A stretch of 27,479 nt of DNA, taken from NCBI GenBank assembly GCA_033764315.1, contig JANRJA010000118.1:1-27479 (forward strand). The letters are read 5' to 3'. This document shows, in pieces, positions 1 through 8,761 of the stretch. Position 1 is the stretch's first letter, and the number at the start of each line of letters is the position of its first letter. Source of the DNA: Oculatellaceae cyanobacterium bins.114. GTDB lineage: Bacteria; Cyanobacteriota; Cyanobacteriia; Elainellales; Elainellaceae. The position numbers and the translations under genes are program-made. The notes below the pieces were generated by a model. It did not search any database. It was not told where the DNA came from and saw nothing but the letters and a program-made list of their open reading frames with translations.

Positions 1-102
1 GCAACTTTCAGGCGCACAATGGAAGCGTGAAAACGTCCCTCAAGTCTTAGCTCATCGTTGTGCTTACCTCAATGGATTAATTGGTTCACCATTGCCTTGT
101 AA

Positions 103-732
103 CTAAGCACAATTGCTTATAGAAAAAGTGACATGCTCCCCTTCGTCTATAGCATCATTCACTAAATAATGTAGGTCAGCGACTCCAAATAATGCCCAAG
201 TCAGTCGACTATATTCTTTATATTCAACTCGTTTTTGATAACAATTATGAATGAGTTTTAAAAAACCACGAGCCATGAATGGTAAGCTAAAAATATTATC
301 AATTTCATCTACAAAAATACAAATTGATCTTTTTGGAAATTGAGTTAATAAGATTTCTTCAATTAATAGACCTAATCGTTGCAAACTTGACAGATTCTTG
401 TGTACATTCCACCACTGTCTAAAGTTAATTTGCTCTAACAAACCAAACTCATGTAATAGTTCAAACGCAATACTTCCGTACCACTGCTGTGGAGTGATGT
501 ATTGACTAGTAATACGAGCCATATCTAACGAGGCACATACTGTTCCAACTTGCTGCAACTGATGGCGCATTCTGACTCGTAAGCTAGACTTTCCCATCTG
601 CCGAGAGTTAAACACAAAACATAGCTCTCTTGCCTGTAGTGCTTGATAAAGATCAGCATCAGCTTGTCTAATGACATAACTTAGAGCATTCGCTTTAAGA
701 CTGCCACCTACTTGATATTCATAACCACGCAT
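103..732 (-). pseudogene. Truncated AAA_35-family (STAND-like) ATPase, probable pseudogene
   Basis: Likely start is ATG 732 ([12 protein letters not shown]), 1 nt after the upstream stop. It has the family motifs [17 protein letters not shown], Walker [10 protein letters not shown] and Walker B IFVDEID. It stops after about 209 aa at [11 protein letters not shown], which resembles the family motif PFNIGxxIELxG with a TAG where Glu is expected. Confidence 0.7.
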
Positions 733-733
733 T

Positions 734-2062
734 TTAAGGATCAGTTTGGTAGATAGTGAGTTGTGAATTGAAATAACGCCGATATAACTCACAACTGGGT
801 GTTGCTTCATTGCCAGCTAAATAAATTAGCCCCATGCCCTCCAAAATGTAAGCCGTTGCTGCATCGAGTTGCACTGCACTCGATGCAGTTGTCACTTGTT
901 GCAGAGCAGCTAACAACTCCGGTTGTTGTCGTAATACATGCCAGTGTCGATGCAAGTGACTACTATAAATCCCTGCTTGAGTTGAAGCATATTCTAACAG
1001 AGTTGTTAATGGCAGTCGCTCAACTTTAAGGTAGTAAAAGGCTAGCTGTAATAAATAGGGATGTCCTCCAATTAACGCTAGTAGAGGCTCTAAATCAGAT
1101 AGGCTAATTCCTATTTGCTCCAGTTCATATCGCTGCATTAATTCATCAATTTGCAATCGACTCAACCCTACAAGTTGAATGGGCAATCCGACATTGAATG
1201 GTGATTGATTGAGTTTTAGAGATACATATGCCTCTGTTGAGTGAGCAATCACCAATCGAAGCTTTTGCCATATGGGTTGCTCTGCGGCTGCCTCATACCA
1301 AGTCCGTAGCAAGGACAGAAAATCTTGGGTCAATTCTGGGTATTCAAAGACGCGATCGACCTCATCTACAGCTAACACTAAAGGATTATTCAATTCTCTT
1401 AATAAGTAATCTTGGAAGTAAACAGTACAACTCACCTTACTGCCAACTTCTGCATCCCAAAAATCATCTATTTTGGGTTCTAAGCGCAATTGACGACTAA
1501 CATTGACACAAAACCAGCGTAAGAACTTATCTAATTGAGTGAACAGCCCACTGTCTGCTATTTGTAAGTTAAGCATCACTGCTTGTGCCCCCTTTCGTTT
1601 TGCATGGGTGAGAATGCGATAGATAAGGGAGGTTTTTCCGGTTTGTCGTGCGGCCTTGATACGAATTAAACTACCAGGCTGATTAATTTCGGCGTAGACT
1701 CGTTCTTCGATTAAAGAGTGACGAATATAAACATTGGAATGCAGGGGAACTGCGCCTCCTGGATATTCAATGCGGCTGGATGTCTGAATTAGAGGTTGGA
1801 AGGGTATTCCTCCAAACTGGTTACGCCCTAAGATGAGCTTAATGTTTTTCTTAGTTACCTTCTCATCCAAGGTTTCTGAAAGCAGGCTCCACAACTGAGA
1901 ACCAACTTCCTTAACATAGTCCAGGTCATAACCAGCTTCAAGAGCAATTTCTCGATATAGTTTTCCAATCCAAGATTGTAAAAAAATAATCTCTTGAATG
2001 GAGTTCAAGGATCTTGGTTCTATGAGACGCTTAACAATATTTAGTGCTTCTTGTGCCGTCAT
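734..2062 (-). CDS. N-terminal HTH (vMAP-N-like) plus AAA_35 ATPase protein
   Basis: 442 aa. N-terminal HTH-like segment ([12 protein letters not shown]...[14 protein letters not shown]...EKVTKKN). AAA_35 motifs: [10 protein letters not shown], Walker [11 protein letters not shown], Walker B LAVDEVD, SPFNVG, GGHPYL. Confidence 0.85.
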   Translation of the reverse strand: MTAQEALNIVKRLIEPRSLNSIQEIIFLQSWIGKLYREIALEAGYDLDYVKEVGSQLWSLLSETLDEKVTKKNIKLILGRNQFGGIPFQPLIQTSSRIEYPGGAVPLHSNVYIRHSLIEERVYAEINQPGSLIRIKAARQTGKTSLIYRILTHAKRKGAQAVMLNLQIADSGLFTQLDKFLRWFCVNVSRQLRLEPKIDDFWDAEVGSKVSCTVYFQDYLLRELNNPLVLAVDEVDRVFEYPELTQDFLSLLRTWYEAAAEQPIWQKLRLVIAHSTEAYVSLKLNQSPFNVGLPIQLVGLSRLQIDELMQRYELEQIGISLSDLEPLLALIGGHPYLLQLAFYYLKVERLPLTTLLEYASTQAGIYSSHLHRHWHVLRQQPELLAALQQVTTASSAVQLDAATAYILEGMGLIYLAGNEATPSCELYRRYFNSQLTIYQTDP

Positions 2063-2332
2063 TTATTTGACTAGAATCTCAAGCAAATTGGTCAAAGAAT
2101 GATTTTGCCTCAACTGTCGCACCAAGCTGAACTGTATATTGACTTTTTCTAACTAATTCCTACTTTATCCACACTTTTGAAGCAGTTTCTAACAAAAATT
2201 ACCCACTTTTCTCTGCTAAACTAACTTCTGGATTCTACGTATCTCTAAGTTTTTGAGTATAAATTGTATCTTCTATCTTTGACCTTATCATTTGAGCACT
2301 GACTCACACGAGGTATCCGTTTGCAATAGAGG

Positions 2333-2577
2333 ATGAACCCATCCTCTTTACTGAGTCTTCTTCTTGAGACTGATACGACTCTTGAGAAGAATTGCCCATC
2401 CATTTTGGTGATTGAAGATAACAAGTTTAATCGAGAAAAACAGCCATCATTCCAGTTATTTTCCTCTCTGCCAGAGTCGGTAGTGCCGATGTACAGGAGG
2501 CGATCGATTTAGGAGTGGATGAGTATCTGATGAAACCATTCACCATTACAAGCCTAGTGCAAGCCATTTCCCTTTAA
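2333..2577 (+). pseudogene. Response-regulator receiver (REC) domain remnant with internal deletion and frameshift
   Basis: ATG 2333 reads ...ILVIEDNKFNREK (REC beta1 and acidic pocket). After the A-run at 2436-2440 a different frame reads KTAIIPVIFLSARVGSADVQEAIDLGVDEYLMKPFTITSLVQAISL* (REC beta4-alpha5 with KP). The middle, including the phosphoacceptor Asp strand, is missing. Confidence 0.8.
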
Positions 2578-2617
2578 TTAGAAAGTTATCGACCCGCTTC
2601 TCAAGCGTGTATCCATA

Positions 2618-2643
2618 ATGTTGAGGGTTCATGTTGAGGGTTC
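2618..2643. repeat. 13-bp tandem duplication ATGTTGAGGGTTC x2
   Basis: Two exact adjacent copies at 2618-2630 and 2631-2643. Confidence 0.9.
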
Positions 2644-2652
2644 ATATCAAGC

Positions 2653-3171
2653 TCAGTGAGCACTTAAACTCTCTGGCAACGTGGCAAAGACCTGTGAAAT
2701 GATCTGTCTAGCTTTAGTGTCTAAACAGTGCCAATCGACTTCACCTGTTTCCGCTTCAATCAAGCTTGTGTCAACTTCAACAATGGGATTTTCTAAAACA
2801 TTAACAACTGGGTTGTAGTTGCGAAAACAGATTTGATAACACAGTTGCCAGAGATCAACCGTCACTTCGCGATCGCCCTTTTGAAGGCAGAGATAGTAGC
2901 CCGGATGGGGTTGAGGCAGTTGAGCCAAGGCTTCTTGAATCGCCGTGCTCTGCTCTGGAGAGGCATGCTGCAACTCAGTTTGTAAAGCTACCACCGTTGC
3001 TTTGGTTTCATCGGAGGTGCCCTCTGCCCAGATAGGTTCTTCTCGATAGGTGCCACGCCAGGAGGATTGCTCTAGCTCTTTGCGGAGATTGTCAACTACT
3101 CGAATAAACACAGGTTGCATCAAGATCTCCGCCTGCTGCCACGCGGTCGTGCTTGCAAATTTTGGCATCAT
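2653..3171 (-). CDS. Conserved cyanobacterial hypothetical protein
   Basis: 172-aa ORF with gene-like spacing and a GGAG RBS-like site upstream. Motifs such as AEILMQPVFIRVVDNLRK and VDLWQLCYQICF look like a conserved cyanobacterial hypothetical family. Confidence 0.8.
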   Translation of the reverse strand: MMPKFASTTAWQQAEILMQPVFIRVVDNLRKELEQSSWRGTYREEPIWAEGTSDETKATVVALQTELQHASPEQSTAIQEALAQLPQPHPGYYLCLQKGDREVTVDLWQLCYQICFRNYNPVVNVLENPIVEVDTSLIEAETGEVDWHCLDTKARQIISQVFATLPESLSAH

Positions 3172-3192
3172 GGAGCGATCGCCTCCTACTCA

Positions 3193-3453
3193 CTAGACAT
3201 GTCGATTGGCTTCTTGTTGCAGCCAAGGGTCAACGGGTTGCCCATCTCGACGGCGCAACTCAATTTCTATTACCATGACCAACCCTGAATCGGGGGGAGC
3301 AGGCTGTTGGTGAAAGAGGATGTCATAAATACTAGGGTCTTCCTTGCGCTCTCTTAACCAGTCTTGCACCTTAGTGGTCGCGAAAAAAGACTGACCCTGC
3401 TCAAACATGCGAGTAATTTGCATTTGCAAGGTGTAGGGTTCAAACCGTGGCAT
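3193..3453 (-). CDS. Small conserved cyanobacterial hypothetical protein
   Basis: 86-aa ATG ORF packed tightly between co-oriented genes (gaps of 21 and 36 bp). Confidence 0.75.
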   Translation of the reverse strand: MPRFEPYTLQMQITRMFEQGQSFFATTKVQDWLRERKEDPSIYDILFHQQPAPPDSGLVMVIEIELRRRDGQPVDPWLQQEANRHV

Positions 3454-3489
3454 AGCTTTAAGGGGGTAAGTTGGTAAAGGGTGTAGGGT

Positions 3490-3984
3490 TTATTGGATCC
3501 GTCTAATGGCCTCTTGAATCGCCTGCTCTAACGCTGCATTAGATTGGCGCATCACTGTGATCGTATTAAATCGATTGATACTCAGGTTGTTTCTACCCAC
3601 AATTTGAGTTGCTCGGTTGCAGTATCGTTGAGCAATTTGGCGGATATTTGGATTGAGATTATTTAAGCTGTTAGGGCGGTGACAAGCGATCGGAGGCACT
3701 TGCCCAGATCCCAAAATCCGCTTGATCTCATCATAAGCGGCTTGGCGGATCGGCTCAATCGCCAAGGCTGAACGGGCATAACTTTGAATTTCTTCATTGC
3801 TGACGTTGGCAACTGCTTGGGCATAAGCCGCCTGATCAAACACCAAGGCAGGAGAGCGGTTGGGTGAAAGGTGCAGAGTCGGCACCCATCCTGCTAATAG
3901 ACTCACAGTGGAAACTAGACCTGTCATCAGCGATCGCGTTAATAGTCGCTTGACACCATGAGATGAGTGCAAAGAATTGATCAT
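3490..3984 (-). CDS. DUF4168 domain protein, probably exported
   Basis: Hydrophobic N-terminus ending AYAQ, then VSNEEIQSYARSALAIEPIRQ...IVGRNNLSINRFNTI, typical of DUF4168. Confidence 0.75.
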   Translation of the reverse strand: MINSLHSSHGVKRLLTRSLMTGLVSTVSLLAGWVPTLHLSPNRSPALVFDQAAYAQAVANVSNEEIQSYARSALAIEPIRQAAYDEIKRILGSGQVPPIACHRPNSLNNLNPNIRQIAQRYCNRATQIVGRNNLSINRFNTITVMRQSNAALEQAIQEAIRRIQ

Positions 3985-4181
3985 ATGGGGATGTTAAATC
4001 GGTAACAGCTCTAGACCGTGAACGAGAAGGAAGTATTTGAGGGCTTTATACCGTTTTGAACTATTTTAGGCAAGGGAAGTTCCAACCCCCTCCATCAATT
4101 TAAAGAGACGCAACTGGAAAGTATTTTTACTCATTGATATCAGCATAGAGCCGTCTAAAAAGTGGGTGGGGGGTGTCTCCA

Positions 4182-5165
4182 CTACCGTTGCATGATCTGA
4201 CACAGCTCAATCACTTTGGTCTGAAATAGAGCAAGTTCATCAACTCCCTGCTTTAACCCGGCTTCTAGTTCCAACAGAATGGGTAAGGTTTGAGTCAATG
4301 CTGTTAGGGATAAAGATTTAACGTCTCTTTGTAAGAAGTAGATTTGTTTGGGATTATTAACCTCTGCTGCCCGCGCGATCTCACGTTCGTCTCGCTCACC
4401 TGACTCGGTCATCAACTTGACCCACAACCAGGTCCGAAAGCGACCGATCAGGGTCTTGATAATCAGCAAAGGTGCTTCGTTGCGACGGAACAAGTCAGCG
4501 ATCAAGCTTAGAGCTGTTGCCGTGTTGCCCTGACGAATCGCCTCTGCCAGTTGCAAGCTATTTTGAGTCGAAGCTGTAACCAAGGTGGCGATCGCCCCTT
4601 CATCTAGAGGTCGTTGCCCAGTACCGCCATACAGACGCAATTTCTCTAGTTCACCAAATAATTGCCGAGTATTGTTGCCTACTGCCTCTGCTAACATCTG
4701 GGTTGCTGTCGGCGTTAGCTTTACCCCCACTTCCTGAGCCGCTTGCTTGACTTGATTTACCAGTTGATCCGTTTTCCAGGGAGGAATTGCCGCAAATTCA
4801 CGAATTTCGGCGTGTTTTTGCATCAACTTAGTGGATTTAATCCGTCCGTCTGGCTTGTTGGTTGATGTTAACAGCAACACCGTTGTCTCTGGAATCACGG
4901 GCAATGTGCGCTCTAGATCAGCCAATAACTCCTCAGAACACCGGACACAGACCGTCGTGTCGGCCAGCCAAACCAATCGACTGCCACTCCCAAAAGGGGG
5001 AGTCATGGCCTGATTGAGGGCTTGAACCACTCCATTAGACTGTTCTGGCGAAATTTTGTCGTAGTTAAAGCTTGCCCAATCACCCTCTAATGTGCGATCG
5101 CGCAGAATGGTTACGGCACGGGTGAGGGCAAAATCGTCGTCACCCCAGTAGAAGTAAATGGGCAT
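4182..5165 (-). CDS. holA: DNA polymerase III subunit delta
   Basis: 327 aa. MPIYFYWGDDDF start, ALNQAMTPPFGSG and GNNTRQLFGELEKL match cyanobacterial HolA. Confidence 0.95.
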   Translation of the reverse strand: MPIYFYWGDDDFALTRAVTILRDRTLEGDWASFNYDKISPEQSNGVVQALNQAMTPPFGSGSRLVWLADTTVCVRCSEELLADLERTLPVIPETTVLLLTSTNKPDGRIKSTKLMQKHAEIREFAAIPPWKTDQLVNQVKQAAQEVGVKLTPTATQMLAEAVGNNTRQLFGELEKLRLYGGTGQRPLDEGAIATLVTASTQNSLQLAEAIRQGNTATALSLIADLFRRNEAPLLIIKTLIGRFRTWLWVKLMTESGERDEREIARAAEVNNPKQIYFLQRDVKSLSLTALTQTLPILLELEAGLKQGVDELALFQTKVIELCQIMQR

Positions 5166-5299
5166 GGAGGCAGGGAGTCAGAAGGGTGAGAGGGGGGAGC
5201 CAAGGGCTAGATGCAAAGCAGGGCATAGCCCTGACTCTGTGGGCCTAGATATGCTAGTGTCAGCGTAGCCTACTCAACCCATGACTGTAGCGGTTTTCG

Positions 5300-7195
5300 A
5301 TGTATTGTTTCAACTTTCGTTGTCTAAAACCCCAAAACTCTGATAAGTCGCGGTTTTGTCAAAGCTGTGGAATGAGGTTGTTATTGGGCGATCGCTATCG
5401 AGGATTCAGTCTGTTGGGGGGCGGCCATTCCAGTCGTACCTTTTTGGCATTGGATATCAGCCAATTGCTCGATCCTCGACGGATTGTTAAAGCCTTTACT
5501 CAAGCAGACCAACAGGAAGATGCCGTTGAGACGTTGCGTCGAGAAGTTGCGCAGTTAGCCAGGATTAGCCAACATCCACAATTGCCTGATTTACTAGCTT
5601 ATTTTGAGCGTGACCAGCAACAGTTTTTAGTCCAGGAATTTGTGGAGGGTCGAAATTTATTACAACAGTTGGCTGACGAGGGCAGTTGGGAGGAAGCCCA
5701 AATTTTGCAATTACTTAGAGAAGTGTTGCCCCTTCTGCAATTTCTCCACGATCATCAGATGATTCACCGGGATGTGAAACCTGCGAACCTTATTCGACGA
5801 GCAGATGGCAGGCTGGTGTTGGTGGACTACGGTGCAGCTAAGGTGGTGACTCAATCGACCCTAGGAAAAACGGGAACGGTCATGGGTAGTGCCGAATATG
5901 CTGCCCCAGAGCAGTTGTTGGGCAAAGCGACGTTTGCCAGTGATTTATATGGGCTGGGTGTCACTTGCATTCACCTATTGACAGGGCTGCGTCCCTTTGA
6001 GTTATATAACAGTGCCACGGGCACCTGGTTTTGGCGAAGTGCGGCTGGAATGGTCAGCGATGCAGAGCAGTTTTCCCTGGAGGGTAATCGCCTTGGCAAG
6101 GTAATCGACAAATTGTTGCAGAGTAGCCTGAATCAACGGTATGCTTCTGCCGCTCAGGTATTAAAGGATTTGGATATGGTCAGTGCACTGATTAGCCCTT
6201 CAGTCAGTGCTGCTCAGGCAATGGCGCAATTTCGACCCGTTCCCACTCAAACCTGGGCTGAGGTTTGCCTGTTAACCGTCGCTCCAGAACCCGCGATCGC
6301 GGGGATTACGGCTTTACTCTTTGATTCTCAATCTGAGGTGTTGATCAGCAGTGATAGCAATGGCGCAGTAAAGACGTGGGCTGTGGAAGAGCAGAAACAC
6401 TTGGAAACTCTGATTTCAGGGCAAGGGACAGGGCAAAGCAGTTCTTCGGCTGGGGCGATCGCCACCTTAGCATTGAGTCCCACGGAAGGGACAAGCTCCG
6501 CTTTTAGGGCGATCGCTACGGGAGGATGGGATGATGGGGTTAGAGTCTGGAACCGTCAAACGGGTCAGTTGTTGCATACCCTTTTAGGGCATCAAGCCGA
6601 TGTTACCTGTGTCGCCATGCACCCCAATGGACAGCACTTATTGAGCGGTAGTCGAGACAGGACTGTGCACCTGTGGGATTGGCAAACCGGAAAGTCACTG
6701 TTCTGCTTTAAGGGTCATAAGGCAGGCGTTGAGGCGATCGCCATTAGCCCTAATGGATATTTTTTAGCCAGTGGAGATGCGCAGGGAGCCGTCAAAATTT
6801 GGCATTTGGGCACCCAAGAGTTGTTGAGAACATTACCCCAACACACTGCCGCGATCGGAGCGATTACCTTTCACCCTGACCATGAAACTGTGATTAGCAG
6901 CGGTTGGGATATGACAGTTCAGGTTCGTAACCTCCACACTGGGGCAGTGCATCATCAGTTAAAGGGGCATCTGTTGCCCGTTACCTCAATCAGTATCAGC
7001 CCAGATGGCAACACGATCGCCACTGGCAGCCACGACACCACCATCAAACTCTGGGACTGGAACCAAGGCACTCTAATCACCACGCTGACTGGACACACAG
7101 CCGCCGTGGAAGCCGTTGTATTTATATCAGATGAGGCCATCGCCAGTGGCAGTCAAGATGGCACGATTAAAGTTTGGAAACACTGTAAAAAATGA
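5300..7195 (+). CDS. Ser/Thr protein kinase with N-terminal 4-Cys motif and C-terminal WD40 repeats
   Basis: N-terminal YCFNFRC...FCQSCG. Kinase motifs HRDVKPAN, DYG, YAAPE, SDLYGLG. About 7 GH...SGSxDxTIKxW repeats. Confidence 0.93.
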   Translation: MYCFNFRCLKPQNSDKSRFCQSCGMRLLLGDRYRGFSLLGGGHSSRTFLALDISQLLDPRRIVKAFTQADQQEDAVETLRREVAQLARISQHPQLPDLLAYFERDQQQFLVQEFVEGRNLLQQLADEGSWEEAQILQLLREVLPLLQFLHDHQMIHRDVKPANLIRRADGRLVLVDYGAAKVVTQSTLGKTGTVMGSAEYAAPEQLLGKATFASDLYGLGVTCIHLLTGLRPFELYNSATGTWFWRSAAGMVSDAEQFSLEGNRLGKVIDKLLQSSLNQRYASAAQVLKDLDMVSALISPSVSAAQAMAQFRPVPTQTWAEVCLLTVAPEPAIAGITALLFDSQSEVLISSDSNGAVKTWAVEEQKHLETLISGQGTGQSSSSAGAIATLALSPTEGTSSAFRAIATGGWDDGVRVWNRQTGQLLHTLLGHQADVTCVAMHPNGQHLLSGSRDRTVHLWDWQTGKSLFCFKGHKAGVEAIAISPNGYFLASGDAQGAVKIWHLGTQELLRTLPQHTAAIGAITFHPDHETVISSGWDMTVQVRNLHTGAVHHQLKGHLLPVTSISISPDGNTIATGSHDTTIKLWDWNQGTLITTLTGHTAAVEAVVFISDEAIASGSQDGTIKVWKHCKK

Positions 7196-7884
7196 TGCTT
7201 GCTCTTGCCCTTCACACCACCAGCCCCGAACTTGGCTTGGCATTAAGTGACTTTAGCCATGAGTCTCGCTGCCAAACCTGGGATTTAGGGCGATCGCTCT
7301 CAACTCACCTGCACTATCACCTCACCGAATTTATTCAGCCTCACCCTTGGTCTGATTTGACCTTTATAGCCGTTGCCCAGGGACCCGGCAGCTTCACGAG
7401 CACCCGAATTGGGGTCGTTACAGCTCGCACGTTGGCTCAGCAACTCGACATTCCTTTGTTTGCCGTCTCAACCTTAGAAGCCTTGGCTTGGTCTTACCAT
7501 AAGCACTCCTTGATTGACTCCAAGGAGGCAGGATCTATAGATATCGCAGTTGAGATGCCCGCCCAACGGGGAGAAATTTTTACTGCGATTTACTCGATTC
7601 GAGTGGCAAGCCAGGGATTAAAGGGTTCATCAAACGAGGGATTACCAGAGGTTACAACCCTTTTTCCGGACACGACCCTCACCCCCGAACGATGGCAAAC
7701 GATTTTACAGACCTGGAACCGTCCTTATCAGTTAATCACCGCTGAGACAATACTGGGATCATCTGTCACCAGTCTGCTAGAGCTGGCGTATGCCGCATGG
7801 CAACAGGGGCAACGTCCTAGTTGGGCGATCGCCTTCCCGTTTTATGGACAATCCTCAGTAACAGAGCTACCTAAGTCAAGCTGA
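7192..7884 (+). CDS. tsaB: tRNA t6A biosynthesis protein TsaB (YeaZ)
   Basis: ALHTTS N-terminus and VAQGPGSFTSTRIG motif. ATGA overlap with the kinase stop. Confidence 0.92.
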   Translation: MMLALALHTTSPELGLALSDFSHESRCQTWDLGRSLSTHLHYHLTEFIQPHPWSDLTFIAVAQGPGSFTSTRIGVVTARTLAQQLDIPLFAVSTLEALAWSYHKHSLIDSKEAGSIDIAVEMPAQRGEIFTAIYSIRVASQGLKGSSNEGLPEVTTLFPDTTLTPERWQTILQTWNRPYQLITAETILGSSVTSLLELAYAAWQQGQRPSWAIAFPFYGQSSVTELPKSS

Positions 7885-8496
7885 TGGAGAAACTTCATCA
7901 TCCGCATCGGGGATCGGTTCAATCAGTCCGGGAGGTGGGCTGATTTCAAGTCGTCTTGCTGGTAAATCCACTACAGGAACGATCGCCTTGACAAATGGAA
8001 TCAATACCTTAGAGGCTTTGCCCTGTGCCTGATGCAGCTTAACTTCTAGCAAATCGTTGCCTGCTGGAATGACATCCGTCACGGTGCCGATTAAGGCTCC
8101 TGTTGCTTGATCAAACACCTGAAGATCAATTAAATCGAGAACATGAAACTCATCCTCTTCTAATAAGGGGCGATCGCTCTCTGGCACCAACAACACGCTG
8201 TCACGCAACGCCTCGGCTTGTTCGCGATCGTCAATGCCCGCTAGTCTCAAGACAAACAGATTCTTTCCTGGCATGTATCGTCCTGATACCAGTTCTACGG
8301 GTTCTGGGGTGGCTTTGGGCGATCGCAATAACCACCGCTTGCCGGGTTGCTCAAACCGTTCTGGAAAGTCGGAGTCTGGGTAGACCCTGACTTCACCTTT
8401 TAAGCCTTGAGCTGAGACAATTTTGCCAATTCCGATCCAACCTGATGGCACAGAAGCAGAGAATTGAGGTTGAGAGGTGGTTTCCTCGTTATTCAT
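7876..8496 (-). CDS. rimM: Ribosome maturation factor RimM
   Basis: IGKIVSAQGLKGEVRV, EDEFHVLDLID, GNDLLEV, VLIPFVKAIV and PPPGL motifs. Confidence 0.96.
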   Translation of the reverse strand: MNNEETTSQPQFSASVPSGWIGIGKIVSAQGLKGEVRVYPDSDFPERFEQPGKRWLLRSPKATPEPVELVSGRYMPGKNLFVLRLAGIDDREQAEALRDSVLLVPESDRPLLEEDEFHVLDLIDLQVFDQATGALIGTVTDVIPAGNDLLEVKLHQAQGKASKVLIPFVKAIVPVVDLPARRLEISPPPGLIEPIPDADDEVSPSA

Positions 8497-8605
8497 ATGA
8501 ACGTTGTTTCATAGGTGTTTTATGGGTCAAGTGTGGGTTGTATGTGCAGATCTCTGTATTTCTTGAACTGGCATGCGGTGGAGCAAGGGGTTTGAGAACC
8601 AGGAC

Positions 8606-8659
8606 TTGGGGGAGGGTTCCCCCAATCCCCCTCGCTGAGGGACGAAGCGCGTCCCTCAG
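8606..8659. repeat. Twin GC-rich hairpin element (short dispersed repeat or REP-like)
   Basis: TTGGGGGA-GGGT-TCCCCCAA (8606-8625) and CTGAGGGACG-AAGCG-CGTCCCTCAG (8635-8659), both perfect stems, in the avtA-rimM gap. Confidence 0.7.
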
Positions 8660-8761
8660 ACTCCCTCCGCACAGTGTTTAGGAACGGTCGTAAGGCGCGC
8701 TTCGCATCAGTTTCAAGTTCGGGTGTTTCTGGGTGTTTCTGCTCCGTTCGATGGGTGAACT

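Noticed and set aside
733..810. N-terminal extension of the 103..810 ORF
   Set aside because: It overlaps the upstream gene, and family similarity begins at ATG 732.
859..888. 11-bp inverted repeat CTGCATCGAGT/ACTCGATGCAG inside the AAA_35 gene
   Set aside because: It lies in coding sequence with no U-tract or second copy, so there is no evidence of function.
3430..3490. GGTGTAGGGTT occurring twice, 50 nt apart
   Set aside because: Only 11 bp and two copies, one inside a CDS. Not CRISPR-like.
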